Below are positions 43,651 through 53,256 of a stretch of 64,000 nt of DNA, one piece after another; the stretch's first letter is position 1; each line of letters begins with the position of its first letter. The notes below the pieces were generated by a model, which was not told the origin of the DNA, did not search any database, and saw only the letters and a list, made by a program, of their open reading frames with translations. Origin of the DNA: Solirubrobacterales bacterium (GTDB lineage: Bacteria > Actinomycetota > Thermoleophilia > Solirubrobacterales > 70-9); NCBI GenBank assembly GCA_035940865.1, contig DASZEL010000002.1:75592-139591 (forward strand), given 5' to 3'. A program made the position numbers and the translations under genes.

Positions 43651-45354
43651 ATGGGCCTCCTAGACCCGGCGCCGCCGCCGTTCGAGATCGCCGAGTGGCG
43701 GCGTCTCCCGCACCTGCAGCGGATCAAGCCGCTCGCCCAGGACTGGGCGCTGAACGGCTTCGGGACGCCGGTCGCGGTCTACTTCCTCTACGTCTTCAAG
43801 GTCCTCGCCTACGCCGTCGGCGGTTTCCTGCTGATCGAGGCGACGAGCGGCTGGCCGCACTGGAGCGAGCCGATCGTCTTCGAGAAGGCGGTGATCTGGA
43901 CGATGCTCTGGGAGGTGCTCGGGCTCGGCGCCGGCTCGCTGCCGCTGACCCTGCGCTTCAGCCCGATGGTCGGCGGCTTCCTCTACTGGCTGCGGCCGGG
44001 GACGACGCGGCTGCCGCCCTGGCCGGAGCGGGTGCCGGGGACGCGGGGGACGACGCGGACCTGGCTCGACGTCGCCTTATATGGAGCGCTGCTGGCGGCC
44101 TTGCTCTTCAACTTGCTTTCTGGCGGGACGCCTGGGAGCGCTCCGTGGGCAGGTGGCGAGGTTGCCCGCCTCGACCCGCTCGCGGTCGGTGTGATGCTGG
44201 CGCTGCTCGCCGCCCTCGGCCTCCGCGACAAGGTCCCGTTCCTGGCAGCGCGAGCGGAGATCTACGGCAACCTGGCGCTGATCTTCCTCTTCCCGCTGAC
44301 GAACCTGGTCATCGCCGCCCAGCTCGTCTTCTTCTGTATCTGGTGGGGCGCAGCCTCCTCGAAGCTGAACCGCCATTTCCCCTTCGTGGTCACGGTGATG
44401 ATCAGCAACACGCCCTGGAACCGCTCGCGGGCGATGAAGCGCCGCCTCTACACCCGCCACCCGGAGGACCTGCTGCCCTCACGGCTCGGCGCCCTGACCG
44501 CGCACCTGGGGACGGTGATGGAGTTCAGCCTGCCGCTGGTGCTGCTTCTGACCAGCGGCGGCCTGCTCGGGACGATCGCCCTCGCCGGGATGGTGATCTT
44601 CCACGCCCACATCCTCTCGACCTTCCCGCTGGCGGTGCCGCTGGAGTGGAACGTCTTCATGATCTTCGGCCTGCTCTTCCTCTTCGGGCACTATGCCGAC
44701 GTCCCCTGGGCGACGATCGACGACCCGCTGCTGCTGGCGATCCTCGCCCTCACTTGCGTCGGGCTGCCGGTGCTGGGGAACTTCCGGCCCGACCTCATCT
44801 CTTTCCTGCCCTCGATGCGCTACTACGCCGGCAACTGGGCGACCAGCCAGTGGCTGTTCCGCAAGGAGGGCAGCGCCGAGGCCAAGCTCGACGCCGGGAT
44901 CGTGAAGTCGGCGCCGATCGTGGTCGAGCAGCTGCTGAAGTTCTACGAGCCCGAGATGATCGACGTGCTCGTCTACAAAGGGCTCGCCTTCCGCTCGATG
45001 CACTCGCACGGGCGCGCGCTCAACGGCCTCTCGGCGCGGGCGGTGGAGGATCTCGACGCCTACGACGTCCGCGACGGGGAGATCGTCGCCGGCGTCGTCC
45101 TCGGCTACAACTTCGGCGACGGCCACTTCCACGACCACCGCCTGCTGGCGGCGGTGCAGGAGCGGTGCCGATTCGAGCCGGGGGAGCTGCGGGTGGTGAC
45201 GCTGGAGTCCCAGCCAGCCCATGTGCAGCGCCAGCACTACCGAATCTGGGACGCGGCGGAGGGGCTGGTCGAGGAGGGCTACGTCGATGTCGCCGAGATG
45301 GCGAAGCGACAGCCGTGGCTGGACGAGCGGCCGTTCCCGGTGGCGAGCGCATGA
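43651..45354 (+). CDS. Polytopic membrane protein, possibly DUF3556 family
   Basis: About 10 hydrophobic segments followed by a soluble C-terminal domain. Length and layout match my recollection of DUF3556. Not verified. Confidence 0.5.
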   Translation: MGLLDPAPPPFEIAEWRRLPHLQRIKPLAQDWALNGFGTPVAVYFLYVFKVLAYAVGGFLLIEATSGWPHWSEPIVFEKAVIWTMLWEVLGLGAGSLPLTLRFSPMVGGFLYWLRPGTTRLPPWPERVPGTRGTTRTWLDVALYGALLAALLFNLLSGGTPGSAPWAGGEVARLDPLAVGVMLALLAALGLRDKVPFLAARAEIYGNLALIFLFPLTNLVIAAQLVFFCIWWGAASSKLNRHFPFVVTVMISNTPWNRSRAMKRRLYTRHPEDLLPSRLGALTAHLGTVMEFSLPLVLLLTSGGLLGTIALAGMVIFHAHILSTFPLAVPLEWNVFMIFGLLFLFGHYADVPWATIDDPLLLAILALTCVGLPVLGNFRPDLISFLPSMRYYAGNWATSQWLFRKEGSAEAKLDAGIVKSAPIVVEQLLKFYEPEMIDVLVYKGLAFRSMHSHGRALNGLSARAVEDLDAYDVRDGEIVAGVVLGYNFGDGHFHDHRLLAAVQERCRFEPGELRVVTLESQPAHVQRQHYRIWDAAEGLVEEGYVDVAEMAKRQPWLDERPFPVASA

Positions 45355-46769
45355 GCAGCGCGATCGTCGTCGGCTCCGGCCCCAACGGGCTCTCCTGCGC
45401 CGCGATCCTGGCCAAGCGCGGGGTGGAGGTGACGGTTATCGAGGCCGAGACCCGGATCGGCGGCGGCACCCGCAGCTCGGAGCTGACCGTTCCCGGGCTG
45501 CTGCACGACGAGTGCAGCGCCACCCACCCGATGGCGGTCACCGCGCCGGCGGCCGTCGAGCTCGAACTCGAGCGCTACGGGCTCTCCTGGGCCTGGCCCG
45601 AGGTCGACCTCGCCCACCCGCTCCCCGGTGGGAGCGGCAATTCCGGTGCCTCCTTCCTGCGCTCGATCGAGGCCACTGCGGCGGGGCTGGGAGAGGCGGG
45701 GGAGCGCTGGCGGCGGATCTTCGGCTCGCCCGCCAAGTCCTACGAGCCCCTGACCGCCGACATCTACCACCCGCTGCCGCACGTCCCGCGCCACCCGCTG
45801 CGCCTGGCGCGCTTCGGCCTGCCATCGGCGGCACCGGCGACGTTGCTGGCGCGGGCGCTGGGGAGTGAGGAGGCGGCGGCCCTCTGGGGCGGCATCGCCG
45901 CCCACTCCTACGCCGAGCTGCACTGGCCGCTCAGCTCGGCGATCGGGATGGCGCTGCTCTGCTCCGGCCACACCTACGGCTGGCCGGTTGCCAAGGGCGG
46001 CTCGGCGTCGATCGCGAGCGCCTACGCCGGCGTGATCGAAGAGCGCGGCGGCCGGATCGAAACCGGGCGGCGGGTCCGCTCGCTCGACGAGCTGCCGCCG
46101 GCCGACGCGGTCGTCCTCGACCTCTCACCCCGGCTCGTCCTCGATCTCGCAGGTGACCGCCTGCCGCCGCGCGTCGCCCGCGCCTACCGGCGCTTCAAGC
46201 ACGGCCCCGGCGCCTTCAAGCTCGACCTCGCCGTCGAGGGCGGCGTGCCCTGGAGCTACGAGCCCGCCCGCCGCGCCGGCACCGTCCACGTCGCCGGCTC
46301 CTTCGCCAGACTCGCCTTCGCCGAGCGGGAGATCAACCGCGGGCGGATGCCGGAGAAGCCGTTTGTCCTCGTCGCCCAGCAGTACCTCGCCGACCCCCAG
46401 CGCTCGCGGGGCGACCTGCACCCGGTCTGGGCCTACGCCCACGTCCCCAACGGCTACGGCGGCGACGCCACCGAGGCGATCCTCGACCAGATCCAGCGCT
46501 TCGCCCCCGGCTTCCGCGACCGCATCGTCGCCACCTCGACCCGTACCCCGGCCGAGGTCGAGGCCGCCGACGCCAACTTCATCGGCGGCGACATCCTCGG
46601 CGGCGCCAACACCCCGGTCCAGCTCTTCGCCCGCCCCCGCGCCACCCTGGTCCCGTACTGGACCGGCATCTCCGGCGTCTTCATCTGCTCGGCCTCGACG
46701 CCCCCCGGCGCCGGCGCCCACGGCATCTGCGGCTTCAACGCCGCCGAAGCGGTTCTGAAGACGCTCTAG
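45351..46769 (+). CDS. Phytoene-desaturase-family NAD(P)/FAD-dependent oxidoreductase
   Basis: ATGA-coupled to the upstream membrane protein. N-terminal IVVGSGPNGLSCAAILAKRGVEVTVIEA..IGGG dinucleotide fold and a C-terminal SASTPPGAGAHG motif typical of CrtI-like enzymes. Confidence 0.75.
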   Translation: MSSAIVVGSGPNGLSCAAILAKRGVEVTVIEAETRIGGGTRSSELTVPGLLHDECSATHPMAVTAPAAVELELERYGLSWAWPEVDLAHPLPGGSGNSGASFLRSIEATAAGLGEAGERWRRIFGSPAKSYEPLTADIYHPLPHVPRHPLRLARFGLPSAAPATLLARALGSEEAAALWGGIAAHSYAELHWPLSSAIGMALLCSGHTYGWPVAKGGSASIASAYAGVIEERGGRIETGRRVRSLDELPPADAVVLDLSPRLVLDLAGDRLPPRVARAYRRFKHGPGAFKLDLAVEGGVPWSYEPARRAGTVHVAGSFARLAFAEREINRGRMPEKPFVLVAQQYLADPQRSRGDLHPVWAYAHVPNGYGGDATEAILDQIQRFAPGFRDRIVATSTRTPAEVEAADANFIGGDILGGANTPVQLFARPRATLVPYWTGISGVFICSASTPPGAGAHGICGFNAAEAVLKTL

Positions 46770-48031
46770 TCCCCGGCTTCGATCGGCCGCGGCGGGGGAA
46801 CGGGGGTCGGGTCGGGGACCGTGGTTTCCAGCCTGCGCACGCTGGGCACCGCGATCACGGCCAGCAGGCAGAGCGTCATCGTCACGGCTCCCAGCCAGAG
46901 GGTGGTGCTGATCCCGAGCCCGGCGGCGACCGGGCCGATGAGGGCGAGGCCGATCGGCTGCAGGGCCAGGGAGCCGAACCAGTCGTAGGCGGTCACGCGG
47001 GAGAGCGCCTCCTGGGGGACATGCTGGGCGATGGTCGTCTCGTAGAGGACCTCGGCGAGGCTGACGGTGCTGCCGGCGAGGAGGGCGCCGAGCGCGATCA
47101 CCACGGTGGTGGAGGGGATCGCGAGCAGGACGATCGGCAGCGAGAAGATGAGGATGAAGCTCTCGCTGACGAGCAGCGGTCGGCGCGGGCGGATCCAGAA
47201 GGCGACGAGGCCGCCGAGCAGGCCGCCGACGCCCCAGAGGGCCGCGATCAGGGCCCAGGAGCTGGAGCCGTCGAGGGAGTCACGGGCGACGGTCGGGCCG
47301 AGGACCTGGAAGGCGGGAAAGAAGATTGCGTTGGTGGTCGCCGCCGAGAAGACCACCGCGACGAGCCAGCTGCGGCTCGAGAACTCGTGCCAGCCGTGGC
47401 GCAGCTCGGCGACGAAAGATTCGCCTTTTCCCTCGAGGCGCACCCCCGGCGCCCGCACCCCCCAGATGCAGGCGGCGCTGACGGCAAAGGTGGCGGCGTC
47501 GACGGCGAGCGCCGAGCCCGGTGAGCCGAGCGCCAGCAGCACCCCTGCCAGCGCCGGGCCCGCCACCTTCCCCATCCAGCGCGAGAAGGTGAGCATCGCG
47601 TTTGCCTCCTGCAGGCGGGAGGCGGGGACGATCTGCGGGACGATCGCGTTCGAGGCGGGGTTGAAGAAGGCGGTCGCGGCGCCGTCGACGGCGTAGAGGA
47701 GCGCCAGCTGCCAGATCTCCGCCGTCCCGGTCAGCAGCAGCACGGCGATAAGGCCCATCGAGACCGTCTGCGTTACGTCAGCGCCGAGCATCGCCCGCCG
47801 CGGCGAGATCCGATCGGCGATGACGCCGCCGACCAGCACCAGCGTGACCAGCACGAGGCCGTTGGCGGCGAGGACGATCCCCAGGTCGGTCGCCGAGCCG
47901 GTCAGGTCGAGGATCGCGAAGGCGAGGGCGATCGGCGAGATCCCGTCGCCGATCAGCGAGGCCGTACGCCCGAGGAAGAGCCGCCGGTAGGACGGTTCCC
48001 TGAGCACTTGGAATTTCCCTGCGGCGGTCAT
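46766..48031 (-). CDS. MFS transporter
   Basis: I chose the ATG at 48031. The N-terminal YRRLFLGRTASLIGDG is typical of the enterobactin-exporter-like MFS subfamily. Multiple TM segments. Confidence 0.8.
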   Translation of the reverse strand: MTAAGKFQVLREPSYRRLFLGRTASLIGDGISPIALAFAILDLTGSATDLGIVLAANGLVLVTLVLVGGVIADRISPRRAMLGADVTQTVSMGLIAVLLLTGTAEIWQLALLYAVDGAATAFFNPASNAIVPQIVPASRLQEANAMLTFSRWMGKVAGPALAGVLLALGSPGSALAVDAATFAVSAACIWGVRAPGVRLEGKGESFVAELRHGWHEFSSRSWLVAVVFSAATTNAIFFPAFQVLGPTVARDSLDGSSSWALIAALWGVGGLLGGLVAFWIRPRRPLLVSESFILIFSLPIVLLAIPSTTVVIALGALLAGSTVSLAEVLYETTIAQHVPQEALSRVTAYDWFGSLALQPIGLALIGPVAAGLGISTTLWLGAVTMTLCLLAVIAVPSVRRLETTVPDPTPVPPPRPIEAGD

Positions 48032-48086
48032 CCGGGCAGGATAAGAGGGGTTAAAGAAGCTCTGGGGTGGGGTAGCCGCCCACGGA

Positions 48087-49220
48087 ATGGGAACGTCGTC
48101 CAAAAGCGTCGGGGACGCGCGCCGGGCTGAGGGCGAAGGCCGACCCGAGCACAAGTTCGGCGCCACGGCGCCGCTGACGATGGGGGTCGAGGAGGAGCTG
48201 CTGCTGGTCGACGAGGGCTGCGGCCTGGTCGCCACCGGCGAGGAGGTGCTGGAGAAGATCGACTCCGAGCACGGCGACAGCGTCTCGACCGAGATCTTCG
48301 CCACCCAGATCGAGCTGAAGACCGGCATCTGCCACGACGCCGGCCAGGCCGCCCGCGAGCTGGCGGAGGTGCGGCGCGCGGTCGTCGCGACCGGGGTGCG
48401 GCTGATGGGCTCCGGCGTCTACCCGGGTGATGCCGGCGAGCCGCAGCTGGTCGAGAAGGCCCGCTACGAGACGGTGAAGAAAGACCTGGCGGGCCTGCTG
48501 GCGACGCCGCCCTGCGGGCTCCACGTCCACATCGGCATGCCCGATCCCGAAACCGCCGTCGCCGTTGCCAACGCGATGCGGCGGCACCTGCCGCTGCTGG
48601 CGGCGCTGACCGCCAACTCGCCCTTCCGCGAAGGCGCCGATACCGGCCTCGCCAGCGCCCGCGCCGCCGCCGTGCGCAGCTACCCGCGCTTCGAGCTCCC
48701 GCGCGCCTTCCGCGACTACGAAGACTTCCTCCGCGTCGCCGACCAGCTGATCGCCGCCGCCGGCGTCGACGACTACACCTACATCTGGTGGGACGTGCGC
48801 CCGCACCCGAACCTCGGCACCGTCGAGGTGCGGGGGATGGACATCCAGGCCGCGCCCGAGGCCAACGCTGCGATAGGGGCGCTGATCCAAGCCTTGGCGG
48901 CGAAGGAGATCGACCGCCCCGACGCTCCCAGCCTCGCCCGCGAGGCGATCGAGGAGTCCTACTTCCAGGCCGAGCGCTACGGCCTCGAGGCGCGCCTGAT
49001 GGTCGACGAGAGCTCCGCCGCTCCCGCCGCTGAGGTCGCCCGCGGCATCCTCAAAGAAGTCCGCTCCTACGCCGAGGAGCTCGGCGGCGCCGGCGCCCTC
49101 GAAGAGATCGAGCGGATCGTCAGCGAGGGTAACGGCGCCGACCACCAGCGCCGCGTCCACGAGCAGTGCGGGATGGATGGCCTGCTCAGCGATCTCGCCG
49201 AGCGGACGCGTGTGAGCTAG
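48087..49220 (+). CDS. Carboxylate-amine ligase, YbdK/GCS2 family
   Basis: TMGVEEELLLVD, EIFATQIELKT, GLHVHIGMPD and WWDVRPHPNLGTVEVRGMD are hallmark GCS2 blocks. Confidence 0.85.
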   Translation: MGTSSKSVGDARRAEGEGRPEHKFGATAPLTMGVEEELLLVDEGCGLVATGEEVLEKIDSEHGDSVSTEIFATQIELKTGICHDAGQAARELAEVRRAVVATGVRLMGSGVYPGDAGEPQLVEKARYETVKKDLAGLLATPPCGLHVHIGMPDPETAVAVANAMRRHLPLLAALTANSPFREGADTGLASARAAAVRSYPRFELPRAFRDYEDFLRVADQLIAAAGVDDYTYIWWDVRPHPNLGTVEVRGMDIQAAPEANAAIGALIQALAAKEIDRPDAPSLAREAIEESYFQAERYGLEARLMVDESSAAPAAEVARGILKEVRSYAEELGGAGALEEIERIVSEGNGADHQRRVHEQCGMDGLLSDLAERTRVS

Positions 49221-49558
49221 TTCGGAGCCGGCAGCTTCAGCCGTTTGCGCGCCGCCACTACGGCGGCGACGGAGGAACGGCAGGCTTTGGCGATCTCCCC
49301 GTTGCCGTGGCCGGGGCGGCGGCGGACCTCGAACTCGACGAGGGCGGCGCGGCGGAGCTTGGCGCGGTCCTCGAGCGAGCCGCTGGGGGCGGCGGCGAGG
49401 GCGGCTTGGGCGGCGCGCTCACGCCGGCAGAGCAGGCAGAAGGTGCCCTCTCCCGAGGTGGTCCAGCTTGCGGGCAGTTCGACCTTCTCGCCGCCGACGC
49501 GGCTGACGGTCACCCCGCACTGGTCGCAGGTCCATTTTTTCGCAGTAGAGACGCTCAT
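49217..49558 (-). CDS. Small zinc-ribbon protein (113 aa)
   Basis: ATG at 49558. WTCDQCG...FCLLCRR forms CxxC...CxxC. It is only the 3' part of a 253-aa track ORF. Confidence 0.45.
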   Translation of the reverse strand: MSVSTAKKWTCDQCGVTVSRVGGEKVELPASWTTSGEGTFCLLCRRERAAQAALAAAPSGSLEDRAKLRRAALVEFEVRRRPGHGNGEIAKACRSSVAAVVAARKRLKLPAPN

Positions 49559-49678
49559 AGGAGTTGGGCCGGCGAGAGAGCCCGCCGAACCCGTGTATCC
49601 ACGGTAGCAAAGCGGCCTATTCGGCCTGCTAAATCGCGGTTTTTGCGGTCCGTGAGCCGTCCCTCCTACACTTGATAT

Positions 49679-50050
49679 ATGTCCACCGAGGGAGCCCCGG
49701 AGCCGACCTACACGCTCTACCGCCGCGGCCTCGAGCTGCTCGAGGACGGCGACTTCGAGCACGCGACCGCGCCGCTCGCCGAGGCCGCCCGGCGCGCCCC
49801 CGAGAAGACTTCGATTCGAGAGGCGTTGGGCCGCGCCTACTTTCGCTCCGGCCGCTTCGCCCCGGCCGCAATCGAGTTCGAGGCGGTGGTCGAGTCCCAC
49901 CCGGTCAACGACTTCGCTCACTTCTGCCTCGGTCGGGCGCTCAGCAAGACCGGCCAAAAGCGCCGCGCCCGCCACCACCTCGCGCTCGCTTCGAACCTGC
50001 GACCCGACCGCCGCGACTATCGCTACTACCGCCGCCTGCTCGACGCCTAA
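49679..50050 (+). CDS. Tetratricopeptide-repeat protein
   Basis: TPR-like helices (YRRGLELLEDGDFEHATAPLAEAARRAP; ALGRAYFRSGRFAPAAIEFEAVV; HFCLGRALSKTGQ). Confidence 0.6.
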   Translation: MSTEGAPEPTYTLYRRGLELLEDGDFEHATAPLAEAARRAPEKTSIREALGRAYFRSGRFAPAAIEFEAVVESHPVNDFAHFCLGRALSKTGQKRRARHHLALASNLRPDRRDYRYYRRLLDA

Positions 50051-50103
50051 GCCGGGCTAGGGAGGCGGGGCAGGCCTAGCCGCCCCGCCGGTTGGTTCGG
50101 GCG

Positions 50104-50814
50104 TCAGCTGAGGAGCGGGATGACGCAGCGGAATCTCCTGGTGTTACTTGCAGGCGATGAGTTGATAGCTGCAGACGCCGACACGGTCGTCACCGCGTAA
50201 ACATTCGACCCGCTGACGACGGGTATATCTCCGGTCCACTCGTCTCCTGCCGCCAGCGTGATGCCCGGCTGCTGCGAAAAGGCAGCGAGCAGCAGCGGAC
50301 TTGGAAGCTCGCCGCCTTCATTGGCGCACGTCGCAGCGGCCGCTGCCGGGTTGAGGGCGCTGGAGTTTGCCGCGATCTGCCAGCAGGCCCCCGCAAAGAG
50401 TCGCGTCCCCGGTTTGCAGCCGACGTGGTAGCCGTTGACGGTCTGCGCGTTCACCGCGTTGGCGGCATTGAGCGCCGTTTCCGCGTCTTTGGCGGACTCA
50501 GCCGTCTCGGCGTGGAAGGCCGAGGGCACCTGGCCGAGGGTGGAGACGTCGACCTGCAGCCCCGTCACCGATCCAGGAGCCAGCCGGTCGCCCTGGATCG
50601 AGCCCGGAGCCAGCTGCACGTTCGGGATCGTCCCTGGCTTCAGCCGGTTCGCCGGCACCGAGTGCGGCGCCAACCGGTTACCCGGCAGCGACTTCACCTT
50701 GATCGCGTGCCCGTTGATCTTCGCGGCCGCGTACACCGTCCCCGCCAGCGCCGCCACCAGCGCCACCGCCGCAACCACCAGCGCCGGCGCCTGCCGCCAA
50801 ATAACCCTGCTCAT
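50104..50814 (-). CDS. Membrane-anchored hypothetical protein with short L-x-PGS repeats
   Basis: AAGGAGA SD, an N-terminal TM segment, repeated motifs (NRLAPHSVPANRLKPGTIPNVQLAPGSIQGDRLAPGSVTG) and a Cys-containing C-terminal domain. Confidence 0.55.
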   Translation of the reverse strand: MSRVIWRQAPALVVAAVALVAALAGTVYAAAKINGHAIKVKSLPGNRLAPHSVPANRLKPGTIPNVQLAPGSIQGDRLAPGSVTGLQVDVSTLGQVPSAFHAETAESAKDAETALNAANAVNAQTVNGYHVGCKPGTRLFAGACWQIAANSSALNPAAAAATCANEGGELPSPLLLAAFSQQPGITLAAGDEWTGDIPVVSGSNVYAVTTVSASAAINSSPASNTRRFRCVIPLLS

Positions 50815-50959
50815 CGTTTCTCCTTTGCTTCCGGTCGATTGGGCATCGCCCCATCACCGGACAGGCAATGAAGCGGCCGGCACCCTAGCCGCGAAACTCG
50901 CTGACTGGACGGATATCTGCACCGGCATTCGGCAAGAGTTCGAGGTATAGGCTTCGCAG

Positions 50960-51733
50960 ATGGAGAGGGATCCGGCGCGCATCACCTACGACGCCTTCGC
51001 GCCGATCTACAACGAGTTCAACCACCTCAACGACTACGAGATGTGGCTGGGCGAAGTACTGCTGCCCGAGCTCGAGAAGCACGGGTTGAAGCGGGGGAGG
51101 GCGCTCGACGTGGGCTGCGGCACCGGCCGCGCCTTTCAGCCGCTGTTGCGGCGCGGCTGGGAGGTGCGAGCCTGCGATCTCTCGCCAGGGATGCTGGAGC
51201 GGGCGCGGGAGGAGGGCGGTGAGCAGGTGCAGCTCGACGTCGTCGACATGCGCGAGCTGCCGACCTACGGCGAGTTCGAGCTTGTCCTCTCGCTCAACGA
51301 CGCCGTCAACTACCTGCTCAGCGAGGACGACCTCGAGCGAGCTCTGGCTCGGATGTGCGCCAACCTGGTCGCTGACGGCCTCCTCCTCTTCGACGTCAAT
51401 TCCAAAGGGACCTACGACTCGGGCTCTTGGTCGGGGGGCAGCCACGTCGTCGAACACGACGGCCGCAGCTGGACCTGGCATGGTCTCGGCGAAGTAGAGG
51501 GCGAACCGTCGGTCTTCGAAACCCGGATCGAGGGCGACGACATCGAGACGATCGTCCACCGCGAGCGCTTCCGCCCAGAGGCTGAGGTGCGAGCGGCGAT
51601 GAACGCTGCCGGCCTCGATTGCCTCGCCGTGCTCGGCATGCAGGAGATCGACGACAAGGTCGTTCTCTCCGACCCGGCGGACGAAGCCCGGGACTACAAG
51701 GTCGTCTACATCGGCGCCAAAGCCGACCGGTAG
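50960..51733 (+). CDS. Class I SAM-dependent methyltransferase
   Basis: Motif I ALDVGCGTGRA, an acidic post-I residue (ACDLSPGML), and a motif II-like region. Confidence 0.8.
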   Translation: MERDPARITYDAFAPIYNEFNHLNDYEMWLGEVLLPELEKHGLKRGRALDVGCGTGRAFQPLLRRGWEVRACDLSPGMLERAREEGGEQVQLDVVDMRELPTYGEFELVLSLNDAVNYLLSEDDLERALARMCANLVADGLLLFDVNSKGTYDSGSWSGGSHVVEHDGRSWTWHGLGEVEGEPSVFETRIEGDDIETIVHRERFRPEAEVRAAMNAAGLDCLAVLGMQEIDDKVVLSDPADEARDYKVVYIGAKADR

Positions 51734-51742
51734 TAGCGGCGC

Positions 51743-52936
51743 CTACTTGGCCCTGGAGGCCGAGGGCGAACGGAACGAAGCGAGCCCGACGGTCGTGGGG
51801 ATCAGAGCCTCGAACGCTCCCTGATTTCGCTGCAGCGATTCCGCCTCGAGCAGGGAGAGCCAACTGAGGATCTCGTCGAGGCGGCTTGAGACCTTGCTCC
51901 AAGCGGCGCGGTCGAGGGTCAGCGGGATCCAGCTCAGGTGACGATCGGGGTCGGCATCGAAGGTGCCGGCATGGATCGCCTCGGTCACCCGGGCCAGGTA
52001 GGAACCGAGGATCGAGTTGGAGAACTCGCTGCGCAGCAAGGGGGGCAGATCGGCCCAGGCCGCGGTGTCGAAATGGGCGCGCTGGGTGTTGCGGTAGACG
52101 AGTTCGACGCCGCCGCCATGCCGGCCCCCCGGGCGCTCTTCGATCACCTCGATGTAGCCCCACTCGGCGAGCTGACGGAAGCAGCGGGAGATGTGAGAGG
52201 GCGAGCCACCGACCTCCTCGATGAACTGGGAGGGGCTGAGCGGCCGGGCGTTCAGCTCCATCAGGATCCGGGACCGCCAGCGGTTGCGCATCGCCTTGGC
52301 CATCTCGATGCTGATCAGTTGGCGGGACGACGAGCGCCGTGGCTTCTTCGTATTCGAGCGCCGCCGTGGCGCGGTCAGCATCACGTCGGCCGGCTGGGGC
52401 GAGCGGAAGGCTGCGAGCCCGACCGTGGTCGGTATCTGCTCTTGCTCGGAGCCTGCCCGCTGCTCGACCGCCGCGGCCTCGAGAGTGGGCAGCCAGGAGA
52501 GGATTCGGTCGAGCTCGGCGCCAAGCTCGCGCCAGGCCTCCTGGTCAAGTACGGCTCCGTCCCAAGAAAGATGGCGATCTACCTCCTGGTCAAAGGTCCC
52601 AGCACTTATTGCCTCGGTGACGCGATGGAAGTAAGAGCCGAGGATGGAGTTGGAGACGACGTCGCGTTGGAAACGCGGCAGTCCTTCCCAGGTTGTGGTG
52701 TCGAAATGAGCGCGCTGAATCACCCGGTAGACGTGTTCGATCGAGGCTCCTCGCCGCCGCCCCGGACGTTCCTCGATCACTTCGAGGTAGTTCCAGGTCG
52801 CCAGCTGGCGAAAGCACCGGGAGATGTGCGTCAGGTCACCCCCTACCTGGTTGACGAACTGAGATGGGCTCATCGGACGCCCACTCAACTCCATCAAAAT
52901 TCGCGACCGCCAGGGGTCGGTAAGAGCCCCTGCCAT
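51743..52936 (-). CDS. Internally duplicated winged-helix (ArsR-like) transcription regulator: two tandem ~190-aa modules in one polypeptide
   Basis: I chose the ATG at 52936. Both halves start W/RSRILMEL..RP.SPSQF...VGG...HISRCFRQLA.W.Y.EVIEERPG and continue collinearly to IPTTVGLA.FRSP. Confidence 0.7.
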   Translation of the reverse strand: MAGALTDPWRSRILMELSGRPMSPSQFVNQVGGDLTHISRCFRQLATWNYLEVIEERPGRRRGASIEHVYRVIQRAHFDTTTWEGLPRFQRDVVSNSILGSYFHRVTEAISAGTFDQEVDRHLSWDGAVLDQEAWRELGAELDRILSWLPTLEAAAVEQRAGSEQEQIPTTVGLAAFRSPQPADVMLTAPRRRSNTKKPRRSSSRQLISIEMAKAMRNRWRSRILMELNARPLSPSQFIEEVGGSPSHISRCFRQLAEWGYIEVIEERPGGRHGGGVELVYRNTQRAHFDTAAWADLPPLLRSEFSNSILGSYLARVTEAIHAGTFDADPDRHLSWIPLTLDRAAWSKVSSRLDEILSWLSLLEAESLQRNQGAFEALIPTTVGLASFRSPSASRAK

Positions 52937-53156
52937 ACGAGGTCCTATCCATAAACCAACTGAGTGGTCGCTTACCGCAGGAAGCACTTCTTTCTCCCTT
53001 TAAGAACCCAAGAGCGTTTGAAAACACTAGTCCATTTTCGGAACTAGAGGTTTTTCACCCAAACTGGTGTCTCCGCTCTTGCAATTAGTGCCCTGAACTG
53101 CCAGCGATAAAGGAACCTTCATATATACGTTGATCTTGCGAAGGGGGGTGAGCAGG

Positions 53157-53216
53157 ATGAGGTTCGACGCGACTGAGGCAACGCTGCCCGCTGTCAGCAC
53201 TTCGAAGGGCGGCTGA
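53157..53216 (+). CDS. Candidate 19-aa precursor peptide MRFDATEATLPAVSTSKGG (C-terminal Gly-Gly)
   Basis: The ATG is preceded by GAAGGGGGGTGAGCAGG. It lies 71 nt upstream of, and co-oriented with, the E1-like gene and is followed by GC hairpins. Alternative in-frame starts TTG 53130/53136 and GTG 53148 would extend the N-terminus. Too short for codon statistics. Confidence 0.4.
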   Translation: MRFDATEATLPAVSTSKGG

Positions 53217-53219
53217 AAT

Positions 53220-53256
53220 AGACGGCGGCCCCTTGCCGTCTAGGTGAGGGGCCGCC
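53220..53256 (+). terminator. Two overlapping, mutually exclusive GC hairpins (possible partial terminator/attenuator)
   Basis: AGACGGC (53220-53226)/GCCGTCT (53235-53241), versus GGCGGCCCC (53224-53232)/GGGGCCGCC (53248-53256). The second is followed by TTAGTTCTTC. Confidence 0.4.

Noticed and set aside
43695-46769. 1024-aa plus-strand ORF
   Set aside because: The first ~550 codons are an out-of-frame Arg/Ala/Pro-rich overlay of the membrane-protein gene at 43651-45354. The real gene is the CrtI-like oxidoreductase starting at ATG 45351.
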